From Eledone cirrhosa (lineage: Eukaryota): a stretch of 64,000 bases of DNA. Positions 52,372 through 62,815 of the stretch are shown in pieces. The notes under the pieces are model-generated. The model did no database searches. It saw only the letters and a program-made list of their open reading frames with translations, and was not told where the DNA came from. The position numbers and the translations under genes were made by a program. The stretch lies in assembly GCA_964016885.1 (NCBI GenBank), contig OZ024742.1, forward strand, positions 219,790,001-219,854,000, written 5' to 3'. The stretch's first letter is position 1. Every line of letters starts with the position of its first letter.

Positions 52372-54545
52372 ATTTACATTCCAGCTGTGCAGCACTCAAC
52401 ATCAAAACTATTAAATGCATATCAGAGATCAACTTCTGATGAGTTAAGTAATACCATGTCATCTGCAAATTCAATTCCAGCTGACTTATCCTACACCCGC
52501 CAGTTTTGATACCACTTCCAACCTGGCTGTACATATCAATGCTGCTTATCAAAATTAATAACAGGAGAAGTGACAGCATGTAGCTTTAGAAGACACCCAC
52601 ATTGAATGGTTTTGATTTAGCACCATTTATCTGAACACAAATACTAAAGTATTCATATAGAGATATCAGGGCAACAAAAAGCTCATACTTCTGCAGAACC
52701 TTCCACATATATCTTATGAGGTCTACAAAGCAAGAATACATCTCTTGGCAGTACTCCCATGATTTCTCAATGACTTGCCGCTGTGTGAATATTTGGTTGG
52801 CTGTACTGTGTCTGGAGCGAAAACCAAACTGTTCATCAGCTAGCTTAGATTAGACAATCTCCCTACATCTCTTTGCTAGACACTTAGCATAGACTTTACT
52901 GAGGTGGCTTAACAAGGAGATCCCTCTATGATTGGAGCAATCTTTCTTGTCTCCCTTTTTGAAGATTGGGATTATCACTCATTGCTTAGGTGCTTTTCCA
53001 GAGATCCATGCCACTCATGAGTCAGTCAGAGAAAACCTTTTCTATTTAAGGTTTGTAACATCTAGGACTTAATTTCATCTTCCCCAGTGGCTTTGCCACA
53101 TTTGAGCACTTTAATTGTTTGTGACCTCAGCCTCTGAGAGGTTAGTCATTACTCCCAGATGCACCTCGAGTACACCAGAATAGGCTGTTGTAATTGGGTT
53201 TAGGAATCAGCAAAGTATTCTTTCCACCTCATAAGGATGCACTCTACTGAAGAGAGGAGACCCCCAGATACATTCGTGATAGCAGACATGGAGGGGGACT
53301 TCTTATAACAAAGTCAGCGAATGGTCTGCCAAAACACTTTATTTGCTGATCTGAAGTCAAATTCCAGTTTAACTCAAAAGTCCTCTCCTGTCTTAACTTT
53401 GGACACCTTTACTGCCTCTGTTGCAACTTTTGTAACTGTTTGTACCGCAAGTGCAAGAAGGCAGACTTATTTCCAAGCAAAGCTTTGTAGGCCTTCTTCT
53501 GTGCACGGGTGGCATCTTTGACCTCTTGATTGATCCAAAGGATCTTCCTACCACTAAGGGCCACACCAAGCAGCCTTCATCCACAGCATTTAAGAGCTGA
53601 AGCAGAATTTGCTGAGCTGAACAGTTTCCATGTCATTTTAATGTCCAAAGTTTGCTCAGGGAGTTTTCTGCATACCTGGTTCTGACTTCTTTATCTGCCA
53701 ATGCTTTTCACTTTACCCCACAGGTTGACCTACAAGTTCTGTGGACTTTAGGTAGTCTTAGGTTGCAGATAATTAGATGGTGATCAGTTGACAGCTAGTT
53801 CCCCTCTTAACATGAACATCCAGTACAGAATCGAAGAGATCAAAGACAATAACAAAATCAATTATTGATCTCTGTCCCTAATTTCCCTTATATCATATGT
53901 ATTTATGGATGCCTCTGTGCTGGAAGGTGTTCACAATAGAGAGTTCATTAGTAGAACAGAAATTCATTAAAGTCTCACCATTTGTATTTAGATCAGGATT
54001 GCCATTTCTTCCAATCACTCCTTTCCATGCCCTATGCTCAGTGCCAACTTATGCATTGATATTTCCCATTAGAATATATGACATAGTCTTAACTACATCT
54101 AATGCTGTAGTGATTCCGCCAAGGAAGGATATGTATTCAGACTGTTTGTTTGGTACATACGATCATGGATACAAGTAGCTGAAATGAGGTTCCTCCAAAG
54201 GATCCTTGAAGTAATGTTACTCAATAGAGTGTGTAGCTCAGAAATCCAAAAGTTGCTCCAGGTAGAGCTGCTATTCTTTTGAATTGAGAGATGACAGCTC
54301 AAATATTATGGACATTGGTTAGAATGTCTCAGGAAATAGTCACTGGACAGATTTTAAGGACAAAATCAACTGGTAGGAGACCCAGGGGTAGACCTCGAGC
54401 AAGATGTTTGGATAACATCCATGAACTTGGCTAGTCTCACTTGGGGATCCAGCTGGATCAATTGGAGACGGTTGCTTCTGACAAGAACTGCTGGAAGGAG
54501 TGTTTAAGTACCCTTCCCCCACAACACTCTCAGGAATATGTGGGC
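52372..54545. mobile_element. RTE LINE, second family: inverted endonuclease-to-RT segment (- strand, 52372-54160) joined to its C-terminus (+ strand, about 54165-54545)
   Basis: - strand: AWKGVIGRNGNPDLNTNG, LSTDHHL, QFGFRSRHSTANQIFT, CFVDL. + strand: IQVAEMRFLQRI, QLKYYGH, KSTGRRPRGRPRARC. Confidence 0.8.
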
Positions 54546-54639
54546 AAATAAGAACTAACAATTCTATCAGTCACAGCCCCAATCTGCCTGACACTCTACC
54601 AATTCTACTAACTACAACATCATCCCCATTTTCTGTCTA

Positions 54640-55665
54640 CACATGCACCAGATAGTGCACTAACATGACTTAGTTCCTTCCAAAGTTTCCTATTTTGCAT
54701 GGTTTTGTTTAGTTCATATTAACTTAGACCAGACCATTTATAGACATTATCTTGCCAGTACCTTGGAAGCCTACCCTATTTCTTTTATCCTGCATCAAAC
54801 CCTTCATAAATGTTTTAGAAATACCTTTTTGTGAACGATTTATGTGACCAAAGAGCTTCAGGATTTTGGTTTCGATGATGCACATTATAAAAACTAGTTT
54901 AGCAGCTTCTAGTAGATCTACAATTTTTATATGGTTGACGACTTTGTGGTTTGTCATGAAACTCATAATATGGTTTTGAAAGGTATTGATTTTACTAATT
55001 ATGGATGAGGTCGAGTTCACACATTCAAGACGATAAAGGATGACAAGTAGGACATAAGATTAATAGATTTTTACATTTGATATAAAATGGAATCTGTTTT
55101 GAGGTTAAAAGTTTCTTATTTTGCTGCCCAACCTAAAAACTATTCTGTGATGAACTGCAACAGAACCATCATTTGTGCTTGACAGTTTATGGCCTAGATA
55201 GACAAATTCTGAAACCTGTGAGTTTATCATATATTGTAAGGTATGGAGATTAATTATACATTTAGTTTTGGAGACGTTTACAAATAGCCGAATTTCTGCT
55301 GCATGTCTAGCTAGAGCATCAAGATATTTTTGCCGATCTTAACTAGAGTTGTTTACAAGCAGCTATGTCATCAGCTCAGCTAAAATTTGACAGTAACTGA
55401 CCACTAATAGAGAAACTTGAGCTGCATTCTGTATCTTTTCGTCCATCCCAAACAATGAATCAACTTGGTAGAGTACTGTTGAACAAATAATTGCCTTGGA
55501 GCAAATTATTGAAAAATCAATCAAATTTAACAACCCACTGTATATAGCATTCATCAATATCATCAAAGCTTCTGATAATGTGAAACTCCCTAGTCTCTAG
55601 AAACTGTTTGATTTTACACACTTCAACAAGAGATACATAAATCTCCTAAAACAAATGTGATAAAT
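54640..55665 (-). mobile_element. RTE LINE (third family) fragment with inverted 5' RT segment
   Basis: - strand INTFQNHIMSFM...LKLFGHINR; + strand 55470-55660 STVEQIIALEQIIEKSIKFNNPLYIAFI. Confidence 0.75.
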
Positions 55666-56115
55666 CTACATATGTTTGCTTTAAGAGAAAACAAAAGCAG
55701 AATGAACTCAGCTACCACATAGGTGAATATAAAAAAAAGTTCAGTTTAACTTAAACAAAACACATTGATTATCTTTTATGACACTGAAAAGTTAACCCTG
55801 TATAACCAAAAGTAGTGATATTACATTTTCAAAGTGCTCAAATGAAAAAGACCATGGGCTATATTTAATATGATAAATTAGATACACAACAATGAAATAC
55901 AGTTTCTGTAGATCAGGTCAGCCTTTAAAGCCAAACTGCAATCTAAAGGAGGTTATGAAAATAATCAAACAAAAGTAGATCTAAAGGAAATTAACAGATA
56001 TTATTGACAGGATTTTCTTTCTTTTTTCTTTGCTGTTTACTTAGGGAAATAATAGTACTGCCCATGACTGTTTTAAAGCCTTGAAGATTGGTGAGATGAA
56101 CGAGGGTAACTTTAA

Positions 56116-56337
56116 CCCTTTTTTCATTTACATTACTCTATATTTACTATGATATTTTCATGGTATAGGCTTTACCTCAGATAATTATCTCACTTAATAT
56201 CAAATCTATGAGATTTTGATATTATTTAATTTGAGAATAATAACTTAACAATAGTATAAGCGGTTGGTTACAGCCAGTTTGAACAGAAAGAGGTAAGAGA
56301 ATTCTGACTGGATACAGCTGGTTTAAATGCTAAAGGG
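56116..56337. mobile_element. piggyBac-type MITE
   Basis: TTAA|CCCTTT...AAATGCTAAAGGG|TTAA; about 220 bp, non-coding. Confidence 0.75.
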
Positions 56338-57193
56338 TTAAACTGGAGACCTAGCCCAAATGGCTGTAACCCAGTAGACTCTGCAAAAGACACCCAAAAG
56401 CTTGGAGGAGGTGTAAAACTAGGTAACAAATTAACCAGATAAAACAGTGGGATTTAAACTCAGAAAACAAAGAGCTAGAACAAATGCCATATGGCATCTT
56501 GCCCAGCCCTATAACAATTTCATTAATTCAACAGCCTAGACTAGTACTTTATTTTACTCATCCCTTTTATGTTCTAGAACTGTATAGATGAGAGGAGTTT
56601 TCCAAGTGCAGATACATGGTCAACTCTGACTGATATAAGACATGTTAATCACAAAGAAAAACTTACTCTTAAATTATGAAATGATGCTGATAACACTCTA
56701 GGATATAAGGATATCATTTTCAATTTTAAAATTGGACATTTAATTCACACGTTTCTGAGATATCAATAGATAAATGAGATTATTATTTCCAAATTCAATT
56801 TAGATTTTAGATTTGCAGAATATTCCTGAAAAAGTCATTAGGCTGAGGGTTTGTTTTATCATAGAAGAAAAGAGAAAAGATTTTAGAAAATTTAGATATA
56901 TTGGCTAAATTTTAAATGAGTTATCAATTACTATGCTGAAAGTTAAGGAATATTTTCTCCACCAAACAATCAATATGCTATTAAATTTATCTTCAGCAGT
57001 GTTATTTCTTCAATTTTTAGCAATCTATATTCAGGTTGAAATTATGTTTATCAGTGAAATTGCCTATTTTAACACACATTTCATGTGTAGTTGCAATTTG
57101 TGCCATCCATAATATAATACAGTTAATATCTTTAGATCTAATATTTAAAACATATAGGTTTTCTAATTATGAAATTATTTGTCTTCTCTTTCT

Positions 57194-57195
<2 letters not shown>

Positions 57196-57281
<86 letters not shown>

Positions 57282-57361
57282 TATATTCTACATTATTGCA
57301 TTTCATTTTGCTATTGAATTCTGTTTTGCATAATTTGCTTTTATCTCTTTGTGTGTGTGTG

Positions 57362-57454
<93 letters not shown>

Positions 57455-57478
57455 ATATATATATATAGAGAGAGAGAC
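57196..57478. repeat. (CA)n and (TA)n microsatellites (representative of many in the window)
   Basis: Directly visible; other tracts at 9208-9403, 26798-26940, 28091-28177, 29932-30015, 58585-58683 and 62222-62810. Confidence 0.97.
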
Positions 57479-57796
57479 GTATGTGAAAACATATATAATA
57501 CATTTATACACAATAAACATATGGGTAGCCTCACTGTCAAAGAAACATATTTTTTCATAATGAAAAGAATTTTATATTTCTTTGTTTTACTCTGTGAATA
57601 CATCAGAGTTTCTAGTATGTTCAGAGAATGTCAAACAGCGCTGTTTCAAGATTTATTAATCTTTGATCAGTAATACCCTCTCAGCCAGTACTGACATGAA
57701 ATCGACAATAATCTATATAGAATTTTGTGTGATGATCATTTGCTGAGATGCTCATATGCATATAACATTATATGTTTATATATATTTTCATATACT

Positions 57797-58132
57797 GGCG
57801 TCACGCAGTAATACAGAGTACCCGACCTCCCATGGGTACAAGCTGAAGCATATAGACAATATGCCCCTACACCCTCCCACTGCAAAAAAGCACCCAGCCC
57901 ACACTGTAAAGTGGACGTGTAGGCGCCACGAAAAAGCACCCGGCACTCACTGTAAATGAGGTTGGTGTTAGGAAGGGCATCCAGCTGTAGAAATCAAGCC
58001 AAAATCAGTTCCTGTATGAGCAAGGCATGGTCAGCCGACCAGACACTGCCCACAACAGGACAACCCGTCTAACCCATGCTAGCATGGAAGAACGGACGTA
58101 AAACGGTGATGATGATGATGATGATGATAATG
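57797..58132 (+). mobile_element. RTE 3'UTR copy with (GAT)n tail
   Basis: Near-identical to 27737-28090. Confidence 0.85.
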
Positions 58133-58214
58133 ACTGTCTTAGTGCTACCGTCAATTAAGCACAACCAGCCGAAGCTTGCACTATATGCAAATGACCATTT
58201 CCAACTGATGATTT

Positions 58215-58500
58215 CTATTTGCTGTATGCAAATAATGTCATTTATGTAAATAATGAAGAGAAGTGGGGCCAACACAGTACCCTGTGGGACTCAACTACTG
58301 ATTTTGGCTGAGCTAGATTGTATTCCTTCGACCACAACATGTTGGAGTCTGTTTGTCAGGAAGCATTTAATCCACAGCAGTATCTTTCCACAGACTCTAA
58401 TGTTGGATAGTTTCTTCAACAGGATGTTCTAATCAACCCTGTTAAAGGCCTTGCTGAATTCAAGGTAAATAACATCCGTTTTGGAGCCATCTCCTAAAGT
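58215..58500 (-). mobile_element. CR1/L2-type reverse transcriptase fragment
   Basis: DVIYLEFSKAFNRV...LLWIKCFLTNRLQHVVVEG...VPQGTVLAPLLFIIYINDI. Confidence 0.8.
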
Positions 58501-58581
58501 TTTAGGATGTCATCAAAGTGATGACACTTTGCCACCACAGAACCCACGCTGGTTGGAGTTCAGCAAATTGTTCCTTTCAAG

Positions 58582-58687
<106 letters not shown>

Positions 58688-58689
58688 TT

Positions 58690-59615
58690 ATCCTGGATTC
58701 AATCAGGAGTAACCACAGTAAGTAAGGTACTCAATATATAGCAGAGTATAACTATTTAATATAGAAACGGTTTCTACCCGACTAGAACTCTTTCATTCGG
58801 TAGAAATCATCAGGAAGCTTCCTGGTGATTTCTCCTGAATGAAACAGTTCTAGCCTTGTAGAATGGGTTGTTTATCCCAAATCATTCAGCCGGCGATAAT
58901 AACAATGGCATCTATCCTGGGAGAATTTTATAGGAGATTTTTAAGAGCTAGTAATCCTGAAATTATCCTGTAATTAGACAATTTTATAAATGAAAAAGAA
59001 GCTAACTCTATAAACAAAATAAAAAAAAACTCAGGTAACTTGAGTTTCACAAAGAGACAAGTGTTAATTTGAAAAGTTGAAAATATTAATCTGATCTAGA
59101 CCATTTTTCAACCAGTTCTCAGACATTCCTACATAATTCCAAGCTTCTGTTAGGTAGTTCTGGTTGGTGGAGGTCATTTCTGCTTCATATATCACCACTG
59201 GAGTGTTGCACTGTTTGTCCTGGGGGCATGCCTCTAGTCTTCTGCATGAGCATCTGTAAGGTGGAAGGCTTTTGCATTTGTTGATGATGTGAGATTTAAT
59301 GCTTTTGGTATAAGAGTAGTCTATGTTCACTGAGTGACAGTTAAATATTTGCCAGTACTTATGGCTTACAAGGAAATGTGAATCTAAAAGTGCTAGGAAT
59401 TTTCTACCTGCTTCTTAATGTTGAGCCCAAATGGTGGTGCGAATCACATGATGGTTTTATGTCTAGAATTTTTCTTACTAGATATAGGGTAGTGATCTGG
59501 AGAGTAAAAGATCAATTCGTAGAAGCCACTATTGCTTAAATCTAAAGATAGCTTTGTTAGAAAGGAGGTTGGATACCCTCTTGCTGATATTATTAATGAG
59601 ATTTTAAAAAACTAT
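58690..59615 (-). mobile_element. Decayed Penelope-like retroelement: linker, GIY-YIG endonuclease and terminal repeat
   Basis: - strand gives NLINNISKRVSNL, FAPPFGLNIK, FLALLDSHF..HKYWQIFN..SVNIDYS and CSCRRLEACPQDKQCNTPVVIYEAEM...YVGMSE (Cys-rich linker plus VIY...YVG, GIY-YIG-like). It has stops and frameshifts and ends in an inverted repeat with CTGATGA next to (TA)n. Confidence 0.8.
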
Positions 59616-60545
59616 AGTGGGGTGACTAGAATCCTTATAAATATACCCAAGCATTTTACTGGTCCTTTTAGCTGAATCCATAAAATGGCTAGAGAATAAG
59701 TTCCGACCATGGAAACAGAATTTGGAGTAAATTTAGACAAAACTAAAGTGCTAGTAAGTAGGAAAGAAGAAAGGACCCTGATTTCCCCAGGAAAGTGGTC
59801 CTGATTAATATGTAAAAAAGAGCAAGCATAAACTCTATTCGATATACACAATGCAAGTCTTGGATACACAAGAGATGTAGCAATATATCAGGTAGATTAA
59901 CAAGAATGGAAGAATTTGTATAGAGATGTTCAGGGGTAATCAAGGAGAAGACCATCAATGATATAAACCTATGCCAATCACATGAAGGATCCATAGAAGT
60001 GGTTGATAGCTTCTGCTATCTAGGTGATCTAATTAACAGTGGAGGAGGGTGCTTTGAGAGCATAATAGCTAGAATAAGGATAGGATTGAAGAAGTTTAGA
60101 GGCTACTCCCACTGTTGATAACAAAAGGTTTCTCGCTATGTACAAAAGAATATCTGTATGATGCCTCCGTGCAAAGTGCAATTATGCATGATAGTGAAAC
60201 ATGGGCAGTGACTGGAGAGGACATATGTAGACTGGAGAGAAATGAAGCAACCATGCTTCGTTGGATGTGCAATGTAAATATGAGAGAATGGAAGAGTTTG
60301 GATGAACTGCACATGGATGATGATCACTGGGTGAAGACATGCCAAGAAATCTCAGTGAAATGAAGCTCTGCTTGAATTAGACCAAAGAAGACCTGGGCAG
60401 TTGTGGTGAGAGCTGATCTCATGTCATTGAGACTTACAGAGGAAATGATGAAGGAATGCGGCATGTGGAGAAATGCTGTGCTAAAAAGGAACCATTCAAC
60501 CCATAGAAGCATGGAAAAATGGATGTAAAAACGATGATGATGGGA
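59615..60545 (+). mobile_element. Decayed RTE LINE 3' part
   Basis: [51 protein letters not shown] and RPKKTW, with a gatgatga tail. Confidence 0.85.
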
Positions 60546-60547
60546 TA

Positions 60548-60864
60548 TCATCATCATCATCATCATCGTCATCATTTTACGTCCGCTTTTCCCTGCTTGC
60601 AAGGGTGGGACGGGAACTGATTCTGGCTTGATTTCTACAGCTGGATGCCCTTCCTAACACCAACCTCATTTACAGTGAGTGTTGGGTGCTTTTTTGCTGT
60701 GGCGCCTACACGTCCACTTTGTAGTGGAAGGATAGGGACCCCAGTCCCTATCATCTCATTTCTACAGCTGAGTAAACTGGAGCAATGTGAAATAAAGTGT
60801 CTTGCTCAAGGAAACAACACATCACCCGGCTGAGAATTGAACTCACAACCTTTCGATTGCAAGG

Positions 60865-60868
<4 letters not shown>
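60548..60868 (-). mobile_element. Same SINE family, 5' head truncated at the hammerhead-array insertion
   Basis: Matches the family up to ...ttcgattgcaaggccaa; the expected tgctctaaccactaagccatg is replaced by (TA)n. Confidence 0.8.
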
Positions 60869-60900
<32 letters not shown>

Positions 60901-60906
<6 letters not shown>

Positions 60907-61370
60907 GAAATACGTCCTTTCACGCACAAGGCGCCAAGGTACGCATGTATTGTCCAACCAAGTGCCAATGTGGTTCAATGGCGGGTTAATAAATTAACGA
61001 GCCAGAACAAATATAAACAAGGTTTAGTAAATAATGAAAAAGTTTCAAAATAAATTTTAAAAAATTGACTTTACCTACTATAGTTACCTTTACCGATCGG
61101 TTTCGAATCCCAAAAATAAAACGGAGACCATACGGCCGTATGGTCTCCGTTTTATTTTTGGGATTCGAAACCGATCGGTAAAGGTAACTATAGTAGGTAA
61201 AGTCAATTTTTTAAAATTTATTTTGAAACTTTTTCATTATTTACTAAACCTTGTTTATATTTGTTCTGGCTCGTTAATTTATTAACCCGCCATTGAACCA
61301 CATTGGCACTTGGTTGGACAATACATGCGTACCTTGGCGCCTTGTGCGTGAAGGGACGTATTTCATATTA
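60901..61370. repeat. 470-bp near-perfect palindrome (235-bp arms, no spacer)
   Basis: Centre TACGG|CCGTA at 61135/61136; ends taatatgaaa (60901) and tttcatatta (61370); one mismatch seen at 60918. Confidence 0.95.
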
Positions 61371-61584
61371 CTACTACCTCCACTAACGTTGAGAACAAAC
61401 CGGGTCATTCCGACTGCTGCTGGCAACAGCGGTGGCTAGTTTGACCTACCTCCTTTTGCCTCTATCTTTGCTATGGCCCTTGATAAACCTGTTCTACATC
61501 ATCCACTCTCATCCCAGGAACAGTTTTTGATAGCGCTAGTTTGTGATTTAAATTCAGGAATTTTATATTCTTTGAATGAAAAGA

Positions 61585-61668
61585 ACCTTCTGACGAGAAT
61601 CTCTCTTTGCAACGAAGGCCGTATGGTCTCCGTTTTATTTTTGGGATTCGAAACCGATCGGTAAAGGT
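61585..61668 (+). ncRNA. Type I hammerhead ribozyme, copy 1
   Basis: Stem I ACCTT(61585-89)/AAGGT(61664-68); core CTGACGA(61590-96); stem II GAATCTC/GGGATTC with a hairpin extension; core GAAA(61650-53); stem III A-CC-GATC-GG-T; cleavage triplet GUA, predicted cut after 61663. All conserved core nucleotides are present. Confidence 0.85.
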
Positions 61669-62067
61669 AACTATAGTAGGTAAAGTCAATTTTTTAAAAT
61701 TTATTTTGAAACTTTTTCATTATTTACTAAACCTTGTTTATATTTGTTCTGGCTCGTTAATTTATTAACCCGCCATTGAACCACATTGGCACTTGGTTGG
61801 ACAATACATGCGTACCTTGGCGCCTTGTGCGTGAAGGGACGTATTTCATATTACTACTACCTCCACTAACGTTGAGAACAAACCGGGTCATTCCGACTGC
61901 TGCTGGCAACAGCGGTGGCTAGTTTGACCTACCTCCTTTTGCCTCTATCTTTGCTATGGCCCTTGATAAACCTGTTCTACATCATCCACTCTCATCCCAG
62001 GAACAGTTTTTGATAGCGCTAGTTTGTGATTTAAATTCAGGAATTTTATATTCTTTGAATGAAAAGA

Positions 62068-62151
62068 ACCTTCTGACGAGAATCTCTCTTTGCAACGAAG
62101 GCCGTATGGTCTCCGTTTTATTTTTGGGATTCGAAACCGATCGGTAAAGGT
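62068..62151 (+). ncRNA. Type I hammerhead ribozyme, copy 2
   Basis: Same sequence as copy 1, offset by 483 bp; predicted cut after 62146. Confidence 0.85.
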
Positions 62152-62218
62152 AACTATAGTAGGTAAAGTCAATTTTTTAAAATTTATTTTGAAACTTTTT
62201 CATTATTTACTAAACCTT

Positions 62219-62296
<78 letters not shown>

Positions 62297-62578
62297 CAAG
62301 GCCATATATATATATTTTTTTTTTTATGTGTCCGTTTCTTTCTTTAGTGTTATGCGATAGTATTTTGTTCTGTATGTAAGTCAATTTTGAGTGGATACTT
62401 GAAGGCGTAGTGTTTTGCCATGTATGTAGGTGAGCCTGCTTTCTTTTGAGTTTCAGATCAATGTTTCTTCCAATTTTCTTCTAAGCCATTATTATCTTGC
62501 CTGGTGATTAACACAAGTGGCAACTAAATTAAGAATTATATAAAGACCTATTCATATATACATATATATATATATAAA

Positions 62579-62629
<51 letters not shown>

Positions 62630-62760
62630 TCATCATATATGTGTATATATATATATATATATGTACACACATATTTTATATATATATATACACACATTTA
62701 AATAAGTATTATACATATATATATTTTATTTCATACAACCATGGAATCTCTTTCTCTCTC

Positions 62761-62815
<55 letters not shown>

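Larger units (their letters stand above)
61134..62224 (+). mobile_element. 483-bp head-to-tail tandem repeat (about 2.25 units) carrying hammerheads; retrozyme or non-autonomous Penelope-like element
   Basis: GGCCGTATGGTCTCC recurs at 61134, 61617 and 62100; the ORF track shows identical ORFs 483 bp apart; no recognisable protein; (TA)n on both sides. Confidence 0.8.

Noticed and set aside
56040-56065. Possible first caspase exon (ATGGGCAGT...CTAA|gtaaac on the - strand)
   Set aside because: It would end in phase 1, but the next exon needs phase 2; no other support.
61471-61689. 63-aa and 72-aa ORFs in the 483-bp unit, and possible rolling-circle translation (483 is divisible by 3)
   Set aside because: No recognisable motifs, and the ORF track shows no frame open across a whole unit. 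The + ORF stop overlapping the cleavage site may be coincidence.
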